Of a stretch of DNA of 64,000 bases, positions 44,882 to 53,808 are shown one piece after another; position 1 is the first letter of the stretch; the number at the start of each line of letters is the position of its first letter. A program made the translations under genes and the position numbers. The stretch is from Candidatus Parcubacteria bacterium (lineage in GTDB: Bacteria > Patescibacteriota > Minisyncoccia > JACPXH01): contig JACPXH010000013.1 in NCBI GenBank assembly GCA_016196625.1, positions 4,516 to 68,515 on the forward strand. Reading direction: 5' to 3'. The notes below the pieces were generated by a model, which was not told the origin of the DNA, did no database searches, and saw only the letters and a list, made by a program, of their open reading frames with translations.

Positions 44882-45143
44882 GCCTTGAAGCGCAACACGC
44901 CGAGGGGTGCTGGCGAGAAAAGCGTCGCGCAGGCCGAGCGGGCACGGTGCCCGCCTAGCTGATAGCTCCCTTCGCGAAGCATCGCCCTCGCTTTGCTCGG
45001 GCGCTCCCACCCACCCTCCATTTCGCTCATGGAGACTACCAGCTAGGCGGGCGAGCGAGGCCGAGCGAGAGTGCGGCCCGCACGCTGGGCGGGACGACAC
45101 GTCTTTTCGAGATAGCCCCCGAAGGTAAGTGTTGCGCTTGAGG
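44882..45143. repeat. About 260-bp nested-palindrome intergenic element
   Basis: Outer inverted repeats CCTTGAAGCGCAACAC / GTGTTGCGCTTGAGG. Inner pairs CGCCTAGCTG / CAGCTAGGCG, GGGCACgGTGCCC, CTTCGCGAAG and GTGCGGcCCGCAC. Confidence 0.5.
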
Positions 45144-45198
45144 GGTTAATTTGCCTGAAAAGAACAGAAGTAAGATTAGCACGTAATATGGTTACTCG

Positions 45199-47178
45199 TT
45201 AAGTGCCACGGAAGTACCGTTCAAAAAACTTTTTTGCGACCGGCACCGCTGCTTGCGAGCCTTCTCCGCCTTCCTCGATGAGGACAGTAAGCACAATCTT
45301 GGGGTGATCAAAGGGGGTAAAGCCGGTGAACCACGCATGCGTCTTGCCGTTGCCGATTTGCGCGGTGCCGGTTTTGCCCGCGACTGCCACGGGCAAATCT
45401 GAAAGTCCTATGCTCGAGCCGGAAAGCACAGCTTCGCGCAGGCCGCGACGGACAATGTCGAGATCGGAGACCGGAATGTTTAAGTCAACGCTTTTCGAGC
45501 TTGCGGCGTCAGCGATCTGTCCGGACGCGTCAAAAACCCCGCGCACCAACGTGGGTTGCACCAGCCTACCGCCGTTGGCAATCGCGGCGGTCGCGCGAGT
45601 CAACTGCAGAGGGGTAAGACGAAAGTCTCCCTGCCCGATGGAGACGTTATAGGTATCCCCTATGTACCACGGCGCGCCGCGCGCTTCAACTTTCCAGTCG
45701 GGCGTTGGTACGAGGCCCGTTGACTCCGGAAGCTCCAAGCCTGCCTTTTGTCCCAGACCAAAGCGCGCCAGGTGCTTGGCGATGCGTTCAATGCCCAGAC
45801 CTTCGATGTCGCCGTAGCCGCCGCCAACGGTGTAGAAGTAGACATTGGAAGAGACGGCTATGGCGCGCACCATATTCACCCAGCCGTGCGGCTTCCAGTC
45901 GTGGAATGTGTAGACAATGGCGGGGTCAGACGGATGGGGTACGGAAATGGAGCCGGTTACGAAGACCTGCCGGCTGGGGCTCAAGATCTTTTCGGCCAAT
46001 GCCCCAATGGCAATGAACGGCTTGATGGTTGACCCCGACGGGTACTGGCCGGAAAGGGCGCGGTTGAAGATCGGCTCGTCCGGATCGTTGAGCACGTCGT
46101 CAATCTCTTCGGCGGTGCCTGTGCCGGGCACAAAGAGATTGCTGTCAAAGGTGGGCAGGCTCACGAGGGCCAGTATTTCGCCCGTGTTGGGATCCATGGC
46201 CACTGCAGCGCCCTTTTTCTTTCCGAGCGCTGCGCTGACGGCCGTAAGAGATTCGGTCAGCTCGGTTTGTAGATCACGCGAGATGCTAAGTTCAACGTTC
46301 TGTCCGGGGCGAGGCTCGCGGATGACCGCATCGGACTGCTCGGTGCGTCTACGGCGCAAACCCGGTTCACCCCGCAGCACTGCATCGTAGGCTTTTTCGA
46401 TTCCCGTTTTGCCTATGAGATCCGCGAGCGCGTAGTCGGGCTGTTCCTGGCGTTCTTCCGCACCCACCCGACCGACGTAGCCAATAATGTGACTCAATAA
46501 TGTGCGATCTGGGTACACCCGCGACAACTCTTGGCCCACCCCAAATCCCGGGAACTCGTCTGTCCGCGTCTCAAAAACTACCGCGGCTTCTTGCGTGAGC
46601 CCGGGCCAGACCACGACCGGCTCGGGCGTCTCATTGGTTTGAGCCTTGAGCACGCGCCGGCGCAACTCGGCCCGGTCAAGCGCAAAAAGTTCGCTTAGGC
46701 GCTCCAGGGTTTTGTCGAGCGCTTGGCCGCGAGGCAATTCGTCAGGTACGACTTCCAGAGTAAAACCGGGGACATTTTGAACCACGGGGTGGCCGTCCCG
46801 GTCGGTGATGATGCCGCGTGGAGCTGGCACCGGCAGGGTCTGGACGGTATGGCGCAAGGCGAGAGCCCGATAGCGACTGCCCTCCAGCACCTCGTACCGA
46901 AACGCAAACAACCAAAACAGCACGAGCATACCCGCGCCCGCGATGAACGACGCGCGCGCGGTTCTGAGTCTCACCACTCCCTCAAGGCGGTCATGGCCCC
47001 CGGTTTTCTGGGCCTCAAGGTCAGCGATGACATCTTCAACGGTGATGCCGGTTTGCGCTTGGCCGAGTCGCAGCTCGGTGTGCGGTTCAAACGGCAGGAA
47101 ATCCATAACGTAACGGGGTTTTAAGGCGTCCGATAATCCAAAGCCACAGTCCGGCCAGGATCGTGATCGCGACCGCAA
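45199..47178 (-). CDS. mrdA: Penicillin-binding protein 2 (elongasome transpeptidase)
   Basis: N-terminal TM and dimerisation domain plus transpeptidase motifs (SGSTIKP, SSN, KTGTA). Last gene of the mreBCD-mrdA operon. Confidence 0.85.
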   Translation of the reverse strand: MRSRSRSWPDCGFGLSDALKPRYVMDFLPFEPHTELRLGQAQTGITVEDVIADLEAQKTGGHDRLEGVVRLRTARASFIAGAGMLVLFWLFAFRYEVLEGSRYRALALRHTVQTLPVPAPRGIITDRDGHPVVQNVPGFTLEVVPDELPRGQALDKTLERLSELFALDRAELRRRVLKAQTNETPEPVVVWPGLTQEAAVVFETRTDEFPGFGVGQELSRVYPDRTLLSHIIGYVGRVGAEERQEQPDYALADLIGKTGIEKAYDAVLRGEPGLRRRRTEQSDAVIREPRPGQNVELSISRDLQTELTESLTAVSAALGKKKGAAVAMDPNTGEILALVSLPTFDSNLFVPGTGTAEEIDDVLNDPDEPIFNRALSGQYPSGSTIKPFIAIGALAEKILSPSRQVFVTGSISVPHPSDPAIVYTFHDWKPHGWVNMVRAIAVSSNVYFYTVGGGYGDIEGLGIERIAKHLARFGLGQKAGLELPESTGLVPTPDWKVEARGAPWYIGDTYNVSIGQGDFRLTPLQLTRATAAIANGGRLVQPTLVRGVFDASGQIADAASSKSVDLNIPVSDLDIVRRGLREAVLSGSSIGLSDLPVAVAGKTGTAQIGNGKTHAWFTGFTPFDHPKIVLTVLIEEGGEGSQAAVPVAKKFFERYFRGT

Positions 47179-47566
47179 GGCGCAGCAGTTCCCATATTGA
47201 CCACAGCAACGTTTCTGATGCGAGCAGTTGGGCCACGCCGTACGCGAGGCCGGCTGCGAGCACGCACGCTACAGCGAGAAGCGCGGTTCGGCTCCCGACC
47301 CCCCTTCGTTGGAAAAGACGTTGACTCAAGAGAAATGTGACCGGAGCGATGAGCAGCAAAGGCAGGGACAGCGTTCCGAGAGGCGAAATGCTGATGGTCT
47401 CAAGTAGAACGCTGCCGGCCACAGCGCTCACCATCGCGACTCCCGGTCCGGCCGAAAACCCGGCCGCCACCACGAGCGCGAGCACAAAAGGGAAGGTGCC
47501 GATCCCCGCTTGCAGGATCACTGCGCCCACCGCCAAAAGTAACATAATCCAAGGACGCATATCCAA
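47087..47566 (-). CDS. mreD: Rod shape-determining protein MreD
   Basis: Small polytopic membrane protein located between mreC and mrdA. Confidence 0.6.
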   Translation of the reverse strand: MDMRPWIMLLLAVGAVILQAGIGTFPFVLALVVAAGFSAGPGVAMVSAVAGSVLLETISISPLGTLSLPLLLIAPVTFLLSQRLFQRRGVGSRTALLAVACVLAAGLAYGVAQLLASETLLWSIWELLRLAVAITILAGLWLWIIGRLKTPLRYGFPAV

Positions 47567-47569
47567 GTT

Positions 47570-48376
47570 TTATCTGTTTTCTCCCACAACGACGAGTACA
47601 GTCTCGAGGCTGCGGAAGATCTCGACGGGAGCGACTGCGGCAGTGGTCAGCATCCCGGTTGTAGACTGGTCCACCGCGCTTATTGTACCGATGGTGAACC
47701 CACGCGGAAAGAGTCCATCTTGGCCAGACGAGAGCACCAGTTCGCTGTGATCGAGCTTTCGTCCAGGCTCCACAAGTTCAAGGCGCAGCCCCAAGCCCTT
47801 CCGGCCACGGATAAGGCCGGTCGCGCGACTATTCGCCGTAACAGAGCTGACCGAACTTGCGGGATCGGTCAGCACGCGGACCGCGGCCGAGCGGTTGTCC
47901 GTCCGGACCACCCGACCCACGAGGATGTCGCCGGGAGCAATCACCACGGCACCCGTGGTGATGCCGTCGCGCCGGCCACGATTGATCGTGATGTTGTCGC
48001 TGGTGAGGTCAGGGTCGCGGCCGATGACTCGGGCGGCAAGAAGCCGGAAACGCACTTCACCCGCGAGACCAAACTCGCGCCGTACGGTCTCGGTTTCTTT
48101 GAGCAGTTCTTGCAGCCTTACGTTTTCCGATCGCAGGGTGCGTGTCTCCGCGCGCAGGGTTATGTTTTCGGTGTACAGATCACGTACGGTGGACACGAAA
48201 CGGACTGCGCTTTGGACGGCGGCGGTGGTTTGGTGCGTGAGTTTGACTGCGGGTAGCAGTATTGAGCGGATCGCGCCGAGTGCCGTTTGCATAATCGGCC
48301 AGCGAAGCAGCAGCCCGGCCACCACCACCGCCAGCACCAGAATTCCAGTAAGCCGCAACCAGGCGGATATGGTCAT
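47570..48376 (-). CDS. mreC: Rod shape-determining protein MreC
   Basis: N-terminal TM, coiled-coil (LRSENVRLQELLKE) and beta-domains. Confidence 0.8.
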   Translation of the reverse strand: MTISAWLRLTGILVLAVVVAGLLLRWPIMQTALGAIRSILLPAVKLTHQTTAAVQSAVRFVSTVRDLYTENITLRAETRTLRSENVRLQELLKETETVRREFGLAGEVRFRLLAARVIGRDPDLTSDNITINRGRRDGITTGAVVIAPGDILVGRVVRTDNRSAAVRVLTDPASSVSSVTANSRATGLIRGRKGLGLRLELVEPGRKLDHSELVLSSGQDGLFPRGFTIGTISAVDQSTTGMLTTAAVAPVEIFRSLETVLVVVGENR

Positions 48377-48378
48377 GA

Positions 48379-49437
48379 CTAAGAAATTTTGAGCCCCATT
48401 TCGTAGGGAGTCGGCACCAGAAGAGGTTTCAGAGAGTCTATGTCTTCAAGGATGAGCCCGGTGCCGCGCACTACCGTGGTCAGCGGATCTTCGGCCACGC
48501 GCGTGGGGATCTGTGTTTCAAGCTGGACCAGTTCCGCCAGTTTGCGCAAGAGACTCCCGCCGCCCGCCAGCACGATGCCCCGGTCCATGATGTCGGCCAC
48601 AAGCTCCGGCGGGGTTTCTTCCACAGTCGTTTTGATGGCGTTGACTACCGCGGCGACCGAATGCTGAATTGCCCGGCGGATGTGAGCATCGGTTACCGTT
48701 ACCTCCTTGGGAAGTCCGGTGATGAGGTCGCGGCCGCGCATGGGAGCCTCTTCCGGCTTTTCGAGCTCCATGGCTGAACCGACGGCGATTTTCACCTCCT
48801 CGGCAGTACGTTCGCCCAAAAGCAGCTTGCATTCATCCCGGGCAAAACTAATGATGTCCTCTGACATTTTGTCGCCGGCAATCCGGAGGCTGCGACTGGT
48901 TACGATGCCGCCCAGTGAAATAACCGCGACTTCAGTCGTGCCTCCGCCTATATCCACGATCATGTTGCCGGCGGCGTCCTGGACCGGAAGGCGCGCGCCG
49001 ATAGCGGCGGCCATGGGCTCTTCCACCAGATACACTTCGCGCGCGCCCGCATTTCGCGAGGCATCCTCCACGGCCCGCCTTTCAACCTCGGTTACGCCCG
49101 AGGGAATTCCGATCACCACCCGCGGCCGGGGCAACAGGGAAAAGCCGCCTTCGTGCACTCGGGAGATAAAATAGCGCAGCATAGTCTCGGTGATTTCAAA
49201 ATCAGAGACCACGCCGGCAACCAAGGGCCGCGTGGCCACGATGTGGCCGGGGGTGCGGCCCACCATACGTTTGGCCGCAGTGCCGATTGCAAGAATCTGG
49301 CCAGTCTTTTGGTTGATGGCGACAACCGACGGCTCGTTAATAACAATGCCGCGGCCGCGCACGTAGACCAACGTATTGGCCGTGCCAAGGTCAATACCTA
49401 TATCTTTCGAAAACAGGCCAAAGAATCTGTTGAGCAC
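48379..49437 (-). CDS. mreB: Rod shape-determining protein MreB (actin homolog)
   Basis: GIDLGTANTLVYV..., DIGGGTTEVAVISLGGIV and other actin-fold motifs. Confidence 0.9.
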   Translation of the reverse strand: MLNRFFGLFSKDIGIDLGTANTLVYVRGRGIVINEPSVVAINQKTGQILAIGTAAKRMVGRTPGHIVATRPLVAGVVSDFEITETMLRYFISRVHEGGFSLLPRPRVVIGIPSGVTEVERRAVEDASRNAGAREVYLVEEPMAAAIGARLPVQDAAGNMIVDIGGGTTEVAVISLGGIVTSRSLRIAGDKMSEDIISFARDECKLLLGERTAEEVKIAVGSAMELEKPEEAPMRGRDLITGLPKEVTVTDAHIRRAIQHSVAAVVNAIKTTVEETPPELVADIMDRGIVLAGGGSLLRKLAELVQLETQIPTRVAEDPLTTVVRGTGLILEDIDSLKPLLVPTPYEMGLKIS

Positions 49438-49593
49438 GTTTTTGGTATTAAAGCCGATATCCGGCCCGCGCCACGGGGTTTTCGGAAAAGAGGCTAGAGA
49501 AACGGTTGATCATAACAGCGCGAGCCCAGTATATACACGACCAGACGAAGAAAGCAAAAACGTTTCGCCGGCCGCAAGCTATCCAGTGCCACG

Positions 49594-49615
49594 TTATACT
49601 ACGATCGTAGTATAA
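49594..49615. promoter_or_regulatory. 22-bp perfect palindrome TTATACTACGATCGTAGTATAA (PaaX-like site family), about 160 bp upstream of mreB
   Basis: Perfect dyad. The downstream flank TATGTAAGCGTT resembles the flanks of the copies at 18990 and 37601. Confidence 0.45.
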
Positions 49616-49690
49616 TATGTAAGCGTTATGTAAACGTTTTGGATATTTTGGATTCTGAGCTTGATTTAAAATGAAGTTGTATATGCCGAA

Positions 49691-49728
49691 CGCAAAAAGG
49701 AACCGGGAGCCGACTCGTCGGCTCCCGG
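49691..49728 (-). terminator. Rho-independent terminator (CCGGGAGCCGAC tcg TCGGCTCCCGG followed by a T-run on the minus strand)
   Basis: Perfect 12-bp stem. The minus strand continues TTCCTTTTTGCG. Lies right after the 49733-50263 gene stop. Confidence 0.6.
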
Positions 49729-49732
49729 TGGG

Positions 49733-50263
49733 CTAGATGGTTCGCGGATAAAGGCCGCGTACCTCCTGCGGGAGAGAATCCGCCGAGAGAGGCAGCGCGT
49801 ATCCCTCCTCCAAAACCATTTTGTACAATTCCTCGTGCGCGTGCTGGATGAGCTGGAGCTTCTGGAGGATGGGAGGAAGTCTCCGGTCGGAAAGCAGCTC
49901 CTTGAGTTTCCTCACGGCGCGTTGGCGTCGCGACTCAACGAACAAAGGGACCCCTATGAGTCGGCCGGCGATCCCGCCGACGATCACGAACAGGATCGAA
50001 ACCCCCAGACCCACCACAACGCGGATACTGCCTGATGTGGACGGGGGAGGGAGCGGGACGGCGAACGCCACGGCAAGCTGATCGGCGAAGATCGCGACGA
50101 CGACACTTGCAAGGAAACCGAACACTCCACCCGCAAAGGGACACAATCCGCGTCCAAACTTCAAAAAGCGGAGCCCTGCGAGCGCATGACTTACTTCCTT
50201 GGCGAACTTTGCCTCATCGGGAGTGAGGCGCTCCACCAGAAAGGTGCGAACCGATCCACCCAT
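49733..50263 (-). CDS. Membrane hypothetical protein (176 aa)
   Basis: Two to three TM helices. No motif. Confidence 0.4.
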   Translation of the reverse strand: MGGSVRTFLVERLTPDEAKFAKEVSHALAGLRFLKFGRGLCPFAGGVFGFLASVVVAIFADQLAVAFAVPLPPPSTSGSIRVVVGLGVSILFVIVGGIAGRLIGVPLFVESRRQRAVRKLKELLSDRRLPPILQKLQLIQHAHEELYKMVLEEGYALPLSADSLPQEVRGLYPRTI

Positions 50264-50292
50264 GACCCCTCCTCCTCAATGTGGGTTTCTGC

Positions 50293-50754
50293 TCACGCTA
50301 CTGCCTCGATTTTCTCCAAACAACCGAGCATGATCATCTCAAATTGCGTACGGCCGAAGCTGGGGAGCTCTGGGCCAATCGTGACGAAGAACGTCCGCTT
50401 TCCTCTGTCCCACACGCCTTCCCGTGCGGCACACAAAACGGCGACTGGAGCGGTCCAATCTTCGAAGCGGATAACGTCGGCGCTGTTCAGCGCGACTACG
50501 CTTCGAAGGCTGAGCGCGGCATTCTCCGCTCTCGCATCATAAAACGTGAGGCGAAGCCGCTTGCCGACTTCCGCGTTGCCGAGGGCTTCACTCAAATCCC
50601 GCTCGGTGATCATTTGTCGCCTCCTTTCGACACTCGGCCTTTGCGCCGCAGGGAGTTTTGGGGAACAAAACAACTTTACTATATTTATTGTTGCTCCGTC
50701 AAGGGCCAGAAAAGCAAAATTGCCGCCGAGGTTGGGGTAGCCGAATCGGGTCAA
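50293..50754 (-). CDS. Hypothetical protein (start uncertain)
   Basis: ORF upstream of the TA pair. No motif. Confidence 0.3.
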   Translation of the reverse strand: MTRFGYPNLGGNFAFLALDGATINIVKLFCSPKLPAAQRPSVERRRQMITERDLSEALGNAEVGKRLRLTFYDARAENAALSLRSVVALNSADVIRFEDWTAPVAVLCAAREGVWDRGKRTFFVTIGPELPSFGRTQFEMIMLGCLEKIEAVA

Positions 50755-50767
50755 GCGCGCTCGTCAG

Positions 50768-51013
50768 CTATTTCGGGTGTGATCGAATTTCAATCAGGAG
50801 GTAGCGATCCTTAAGAATCTGAAAATAAAACCGCCACCCTCCGTTCACCCGAGCCTGCCAAATGTCACGGGCCTCTTCGTACTTCTTGGCATGCAGGGAG
50901 TGGTGGCGGAAATCGCGCAACAGGTGGCCGAGCTGTTTGCCGAAGGCCTTTTGGATCTGCTCCGGGGCTTTCTGAAACTGTCGGGCGAAATGGGGACTAA
51001 ACTCAACCGTCAT
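50768..51013 (-). CDS. Type II toxin, RelE/ParE superfamily
   Basis: 81-aa protein with the C-terminal pattern WRFYFQI..DRYLLIEIRSHPK. Overlaps the antitoxin gene by 4 nt. Confidence 0.65.
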   Translation of the reverse strand: MTVEFSPHFARQFQKAPEQIQKAFGKQLGHLLRDFRHHSLHAKKYEEARDIWQARVNGGWRFYFQILKDRYLLIEIRSHPK

Positions 51014-51270
51014 ACCCTGGCCCGCTTCAGGGCCCGGATCGCAGCCTTAGCGTTCCTGAATGGACCAAGGACACCCTTCCGTTCGGCCTCGGCGAGCGAG
51101 GCGAGGAGCGAAGCGTGGAGGTCCTTGTCCACGAGCGCCTTCGGGGTCAACGTGATCTTTTTGCCTTCGACCGCAGCCTCGAGGAGGTCACCCACGGCCA
51201 CGCCGGCGCGCTGGCGTACCGGCACGGGGAGCGTTACTCGATACTTCTCTTTGACTTTGACGACAGGCAT
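51010..51270 (-). CDS. AbrB/MazE/SpoVT-type antitoxin
   Basis: N-terminal swapped-hairpin pattern KYRVTLPVPVRQRAGVAVGDLL. 86 aa. Confidence 0.65.
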   Translation of the reverse strand: MPVVKVKEKYRVTLPVPVRQRAGVAVGDLLEAAVEGKKITLTPKALVDKDLHASLLASLAEAERKGVLGPFRNAKAAIRALKRARV

Positions 51271-51371
51271 GGAGACTATTGGTTAGAGTTAGAAAGTTGG
51301 AAAGTAAGAATAGCGTTAGTATAGAGGGTGTTGCGGGGACGGTCAAGTGCATCTATCTCCCGCATCGTCTC

Positions 51372-52616
51372 CTATTTGAACCGTTTTCCTATCTGTTCAA
51401 TGGCAACCAATTCTGTCGTTTGGGTTGATCGAGCTTTGAGCTCAACCGAACCGCGCGCGAGGGTTTTCTCGCTTATCACCACCCGCCACGGCAAACCAAT
51501 CAGATCGGCGTCGGCAAACTTGACACCGGCGGATTCGTCACGGTCGTCGTAGAGAACCGCAATCCCGACATCCTGCAGTTCACGGTAGAGTTTTTCCGCC
51601 GCCTCCATGATTCTTGATTCTTGATTCTTGATTCCAACGAGGTGTACGTCGTACGGCGCCACCTCTTTCGGCCACACGATGCCTTTCTCGTCGTGGTGCA
51701 CTTCTACGACCGTGGCCATCACGCGCCCCGGCCCGATGCCGTAAGAGCCCATGACCACGGGCTTCATCGAGCCGTCTTCGTCCGTGAATATGAGATCCAA
51801 ATCTTTCGAGTACTTGGTGCCGAGTTTATATATGTGTCCCACCTCGACGCTCGTGCCCTCTTTGAGTGTGCCGGAACAATTCGGGCATGTCTCCCCTGCT
51901 TTTGCGGTCGCAATTTCTGTATTCTGTGCGAACGCGCACGATTCGCAGTAGACGGTCGTATCTTCTCCCGCCTCGGTGAGCACCTGAAACTCGTGCGTGA
52001 AATCTTTGGTAAATGCTCCGCCTGACGCTTCCACGATTTTGGCGTCCAAACCGCAGCGCCGAAAGATGTTGGCGTAGGCAGTCTTGCTTTTTTCGTAATA
52101 CGCGTCGAGTCCAGCCTGATTTCGATCGAAGCTGTAAAGATCTTTCATGAAAAACTCACGCAGCCGGATGAGTCCTGATTTCGCGCGCGGCTCGTTCCGG
52201 AACTTAAGTTGAATCTGATAGAGGTAGAGCGGCAGATCTTTGTAGGAACGAATTGAGTTTTTCGCGACTTCAGCCAGCGGCTCCTCGTGGGTTATGCCCA
52301 AGCCCAGCTCGCGGTCAGACGAATCTTTGAATTGGTACATCACGTCCCGCAAGGTTTCCCATCGACCGGTCTTGACCCAGAGGTCCTTGGATTGGAGAGC
52401 CGAAAGGAGTAATTCCTGCCCACCGATCGCGTTCATCTCTTCTCGGATGATCGTGTTAATCCGCTCGAGAACCCGAAGGCCCAATGGCAGAAAGGCGTAC
52501 ACGCCGGCCATGACTTTGGCCACAAAGCCGCCACGCACAAGCAGCTGCGCGTTGACCGACACTTCATCTTTTGGGTTTTGACGGGTTGTTTTTCCGAAGA
52601 GAATACTTTGGCGCAT
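51372..52616 (-). CDS. proS: Prolyl-tRNA synthetase (short, editing-domain-less form)
   Basis: Class II motifs and an archaeal/eukaryote-type ProRS pattern (GVYAFLPLGLRVLERI ... GRWETL). ATG at 52614-52616 preferred. Confidence 0.8.
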   Translation of the reverse strand: MRQSILFGKTTRQNPKDEVSVNAQLLVRGGFVAKVMAGVYAFLPLGLRVLERINTIIREEMNAIGGQELLLSALQSKDLWVKTGRWETLRDVMYQFKDSSDRELGLGITHEEPLAEVAKNSIRSYKDLPLYLYQIQLKFRNEPRAKSGLIRLREFFMKDLYSFDRNQAGLDAYYEKSKTAYANIFRRCGLDAKIVEASGGAFTKDFTHEFQVLTEAGEDTTVYCESCAFAQNTEIATAKAGETCPNCSGTLKEGTSVEVGHIYKLGTKYSKDLDLIFTDEDGSMKPVVMGSYGIGPGRVMATVVEVHHDEKGIVWPKEVAPYDVHLVGIKNQESRIMEAAEKLYRELQDVGIAVLYDDRDESAGVKFADADLIGLPWRVVISEKTLARGSVELKARSTQTTELVAIEQIGKRFK

Positions 52617-52633
52617 ATGTGTGCCAGTGTCTA

Positions 52634-53176
52634 TCACCAATCGCACGCCGGCGGGCCGCTGCAGAGCATCAACGACCAGTTGGGACGCAGAGGATCGTAG
52701 AACGGATCGGTGTCGGACCACGTGCCTTCCGGCGAGCAGTTGGCCAGCAGTTTGTAATTCGTCTCGTCCGATTTATAGAGGTAGGCGGACTTGGTGCCTA
52801 CCAGACACCGCAGCGGCACGTACGGTGATTCGCCGCCTCGGGGATCGCGAGGCAGGGCCGAGACGTAGGTGGGGGTAAGTCCCGGGATCCAGTTGCCGCT
52901 GTTGTTGGAATAGAGATCTCCCGGCTCGGAAGAATACCAGTTGCTGCTGGTCGAGGGGTAGCGGTTGTTACGGTCGTAGTAGAGTTCAAGCGCGGTCTGG
53001 AGCTGGCGCATCGTGCTGCGCCGCGCGCTGTCGCGGGCGTTGATGCGCACGGTGCTCAAGGCAACGAGGATGATGCTGGCCACAAGCCCGGCGATCGCCA
53101 CGACCACTAAGAGTTCAATCATGGTAAACCCCGTTTGAGCGGCTGCTCCGCGACCGGCTCGCGTAAATAACGCCAT
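52634..53176 (-). CDS. Type IV pilin/pseudopilin with a prepilin-type N-terminal methylation motif
   Basis: Leader ...AQTG then FTMIELLVVVAIAGLVASIILVA (G/F cleavage site, Glu+5). The long listed N-terminal extension was discarded. Confidence 0.65.
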   Translation of the reverse strand: MALFTRAGRGAAAQTGFTMIELLVVVAIAGLVASIILVALSTVRINARDSARRSTMRQLQTALELYYDRNNRYPSTSSNWYSSEPGDLYSNNSGNWIPGLTPTYVSALPRDPRGGESPYVPLRCLVGTKSAYLYKSDETNYKLLANCSPEGTWSDTDPFYDPLRPNWSLMLCSGPPACDW

Positions 53177-53335
53177 CTTATTGGCTACCCGCCGTCGCAG
53201 AGGGCCATGGGCTCTGTCCGTGGGTGAATGCGCGGTTGGTATTCCGGGTGGGGTTGAGGGGGGTATATTCCTTGAGGCTGTGGCGGATGACGCTGCAGCC
53301 CGCTTGGATTCGCCCGAAAGGCGAATAGCGGGCTG

Positions 53336-53361
53336 CCACGGGCTCCGCCCGTGGAGCTTCA
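53336..53361. repeat. REP-like hairpin CCACGGGctccgCCCGTGGAGCTTCA
   Basis: Family member. Confidence 0.5.
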
Positions 53362-53433
53362 CTTCGGTGGGCATCGTCGTGAGGAGCTGGGTAAATCCGC
53401 GTTCGCCTCGGCTGGGGGAAATGCGGGTCATGG

Positions 53434-53808
53434 TCAGCGGGGACGCAGCGGCTTTTCAAGCCGCGGCGGCTCCCCTGGCGGCAGGATAATTTTGGCGTCA
53501 GGCGGCAGGGAGATGTTTGGCCGGCGATCCCGCAAGCTATAGGCCACAAGTAAGACCGACCCCGCGATCGCCAACGCCGTGAAGATGAGGAGAACGTACG
53601 TGGCCTGCGTGGCAGTGTGAACGATTCCGCCAGAGTGTTGAATGACCCAACGGACCATCTTGGGGGCGGAGGTTTCGTGGTAGTACTTCACGGCACCCCA
53701 ACCATGAGGTTCGGGCGCGGCCGGAGCTTTACCTCTCAAATAGCCGCTCAAATCAATGTCGTCGCGGGAAGTTCCAGTTTCTTGTTGTTCTTGGTCAGAC
53801 ATACGCAT
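53434..53808 (-). CDS. Membrane hypothetical protein (124 aa)
   Basis: One TM. Upstream of rseP. Confidence 0.4.
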   Translation of the reverse strand: MRMSDQEQQETGTSRDDIDLSGYLRGKAPAAPEPHGWGAVKYYHETSAPKMVRWVIQHSGGIVHTATQATYVLLIFTALAIAGSVLLVAYSLRDRRPNISLPPDAKIILPPGEPPRLEKPLRPR

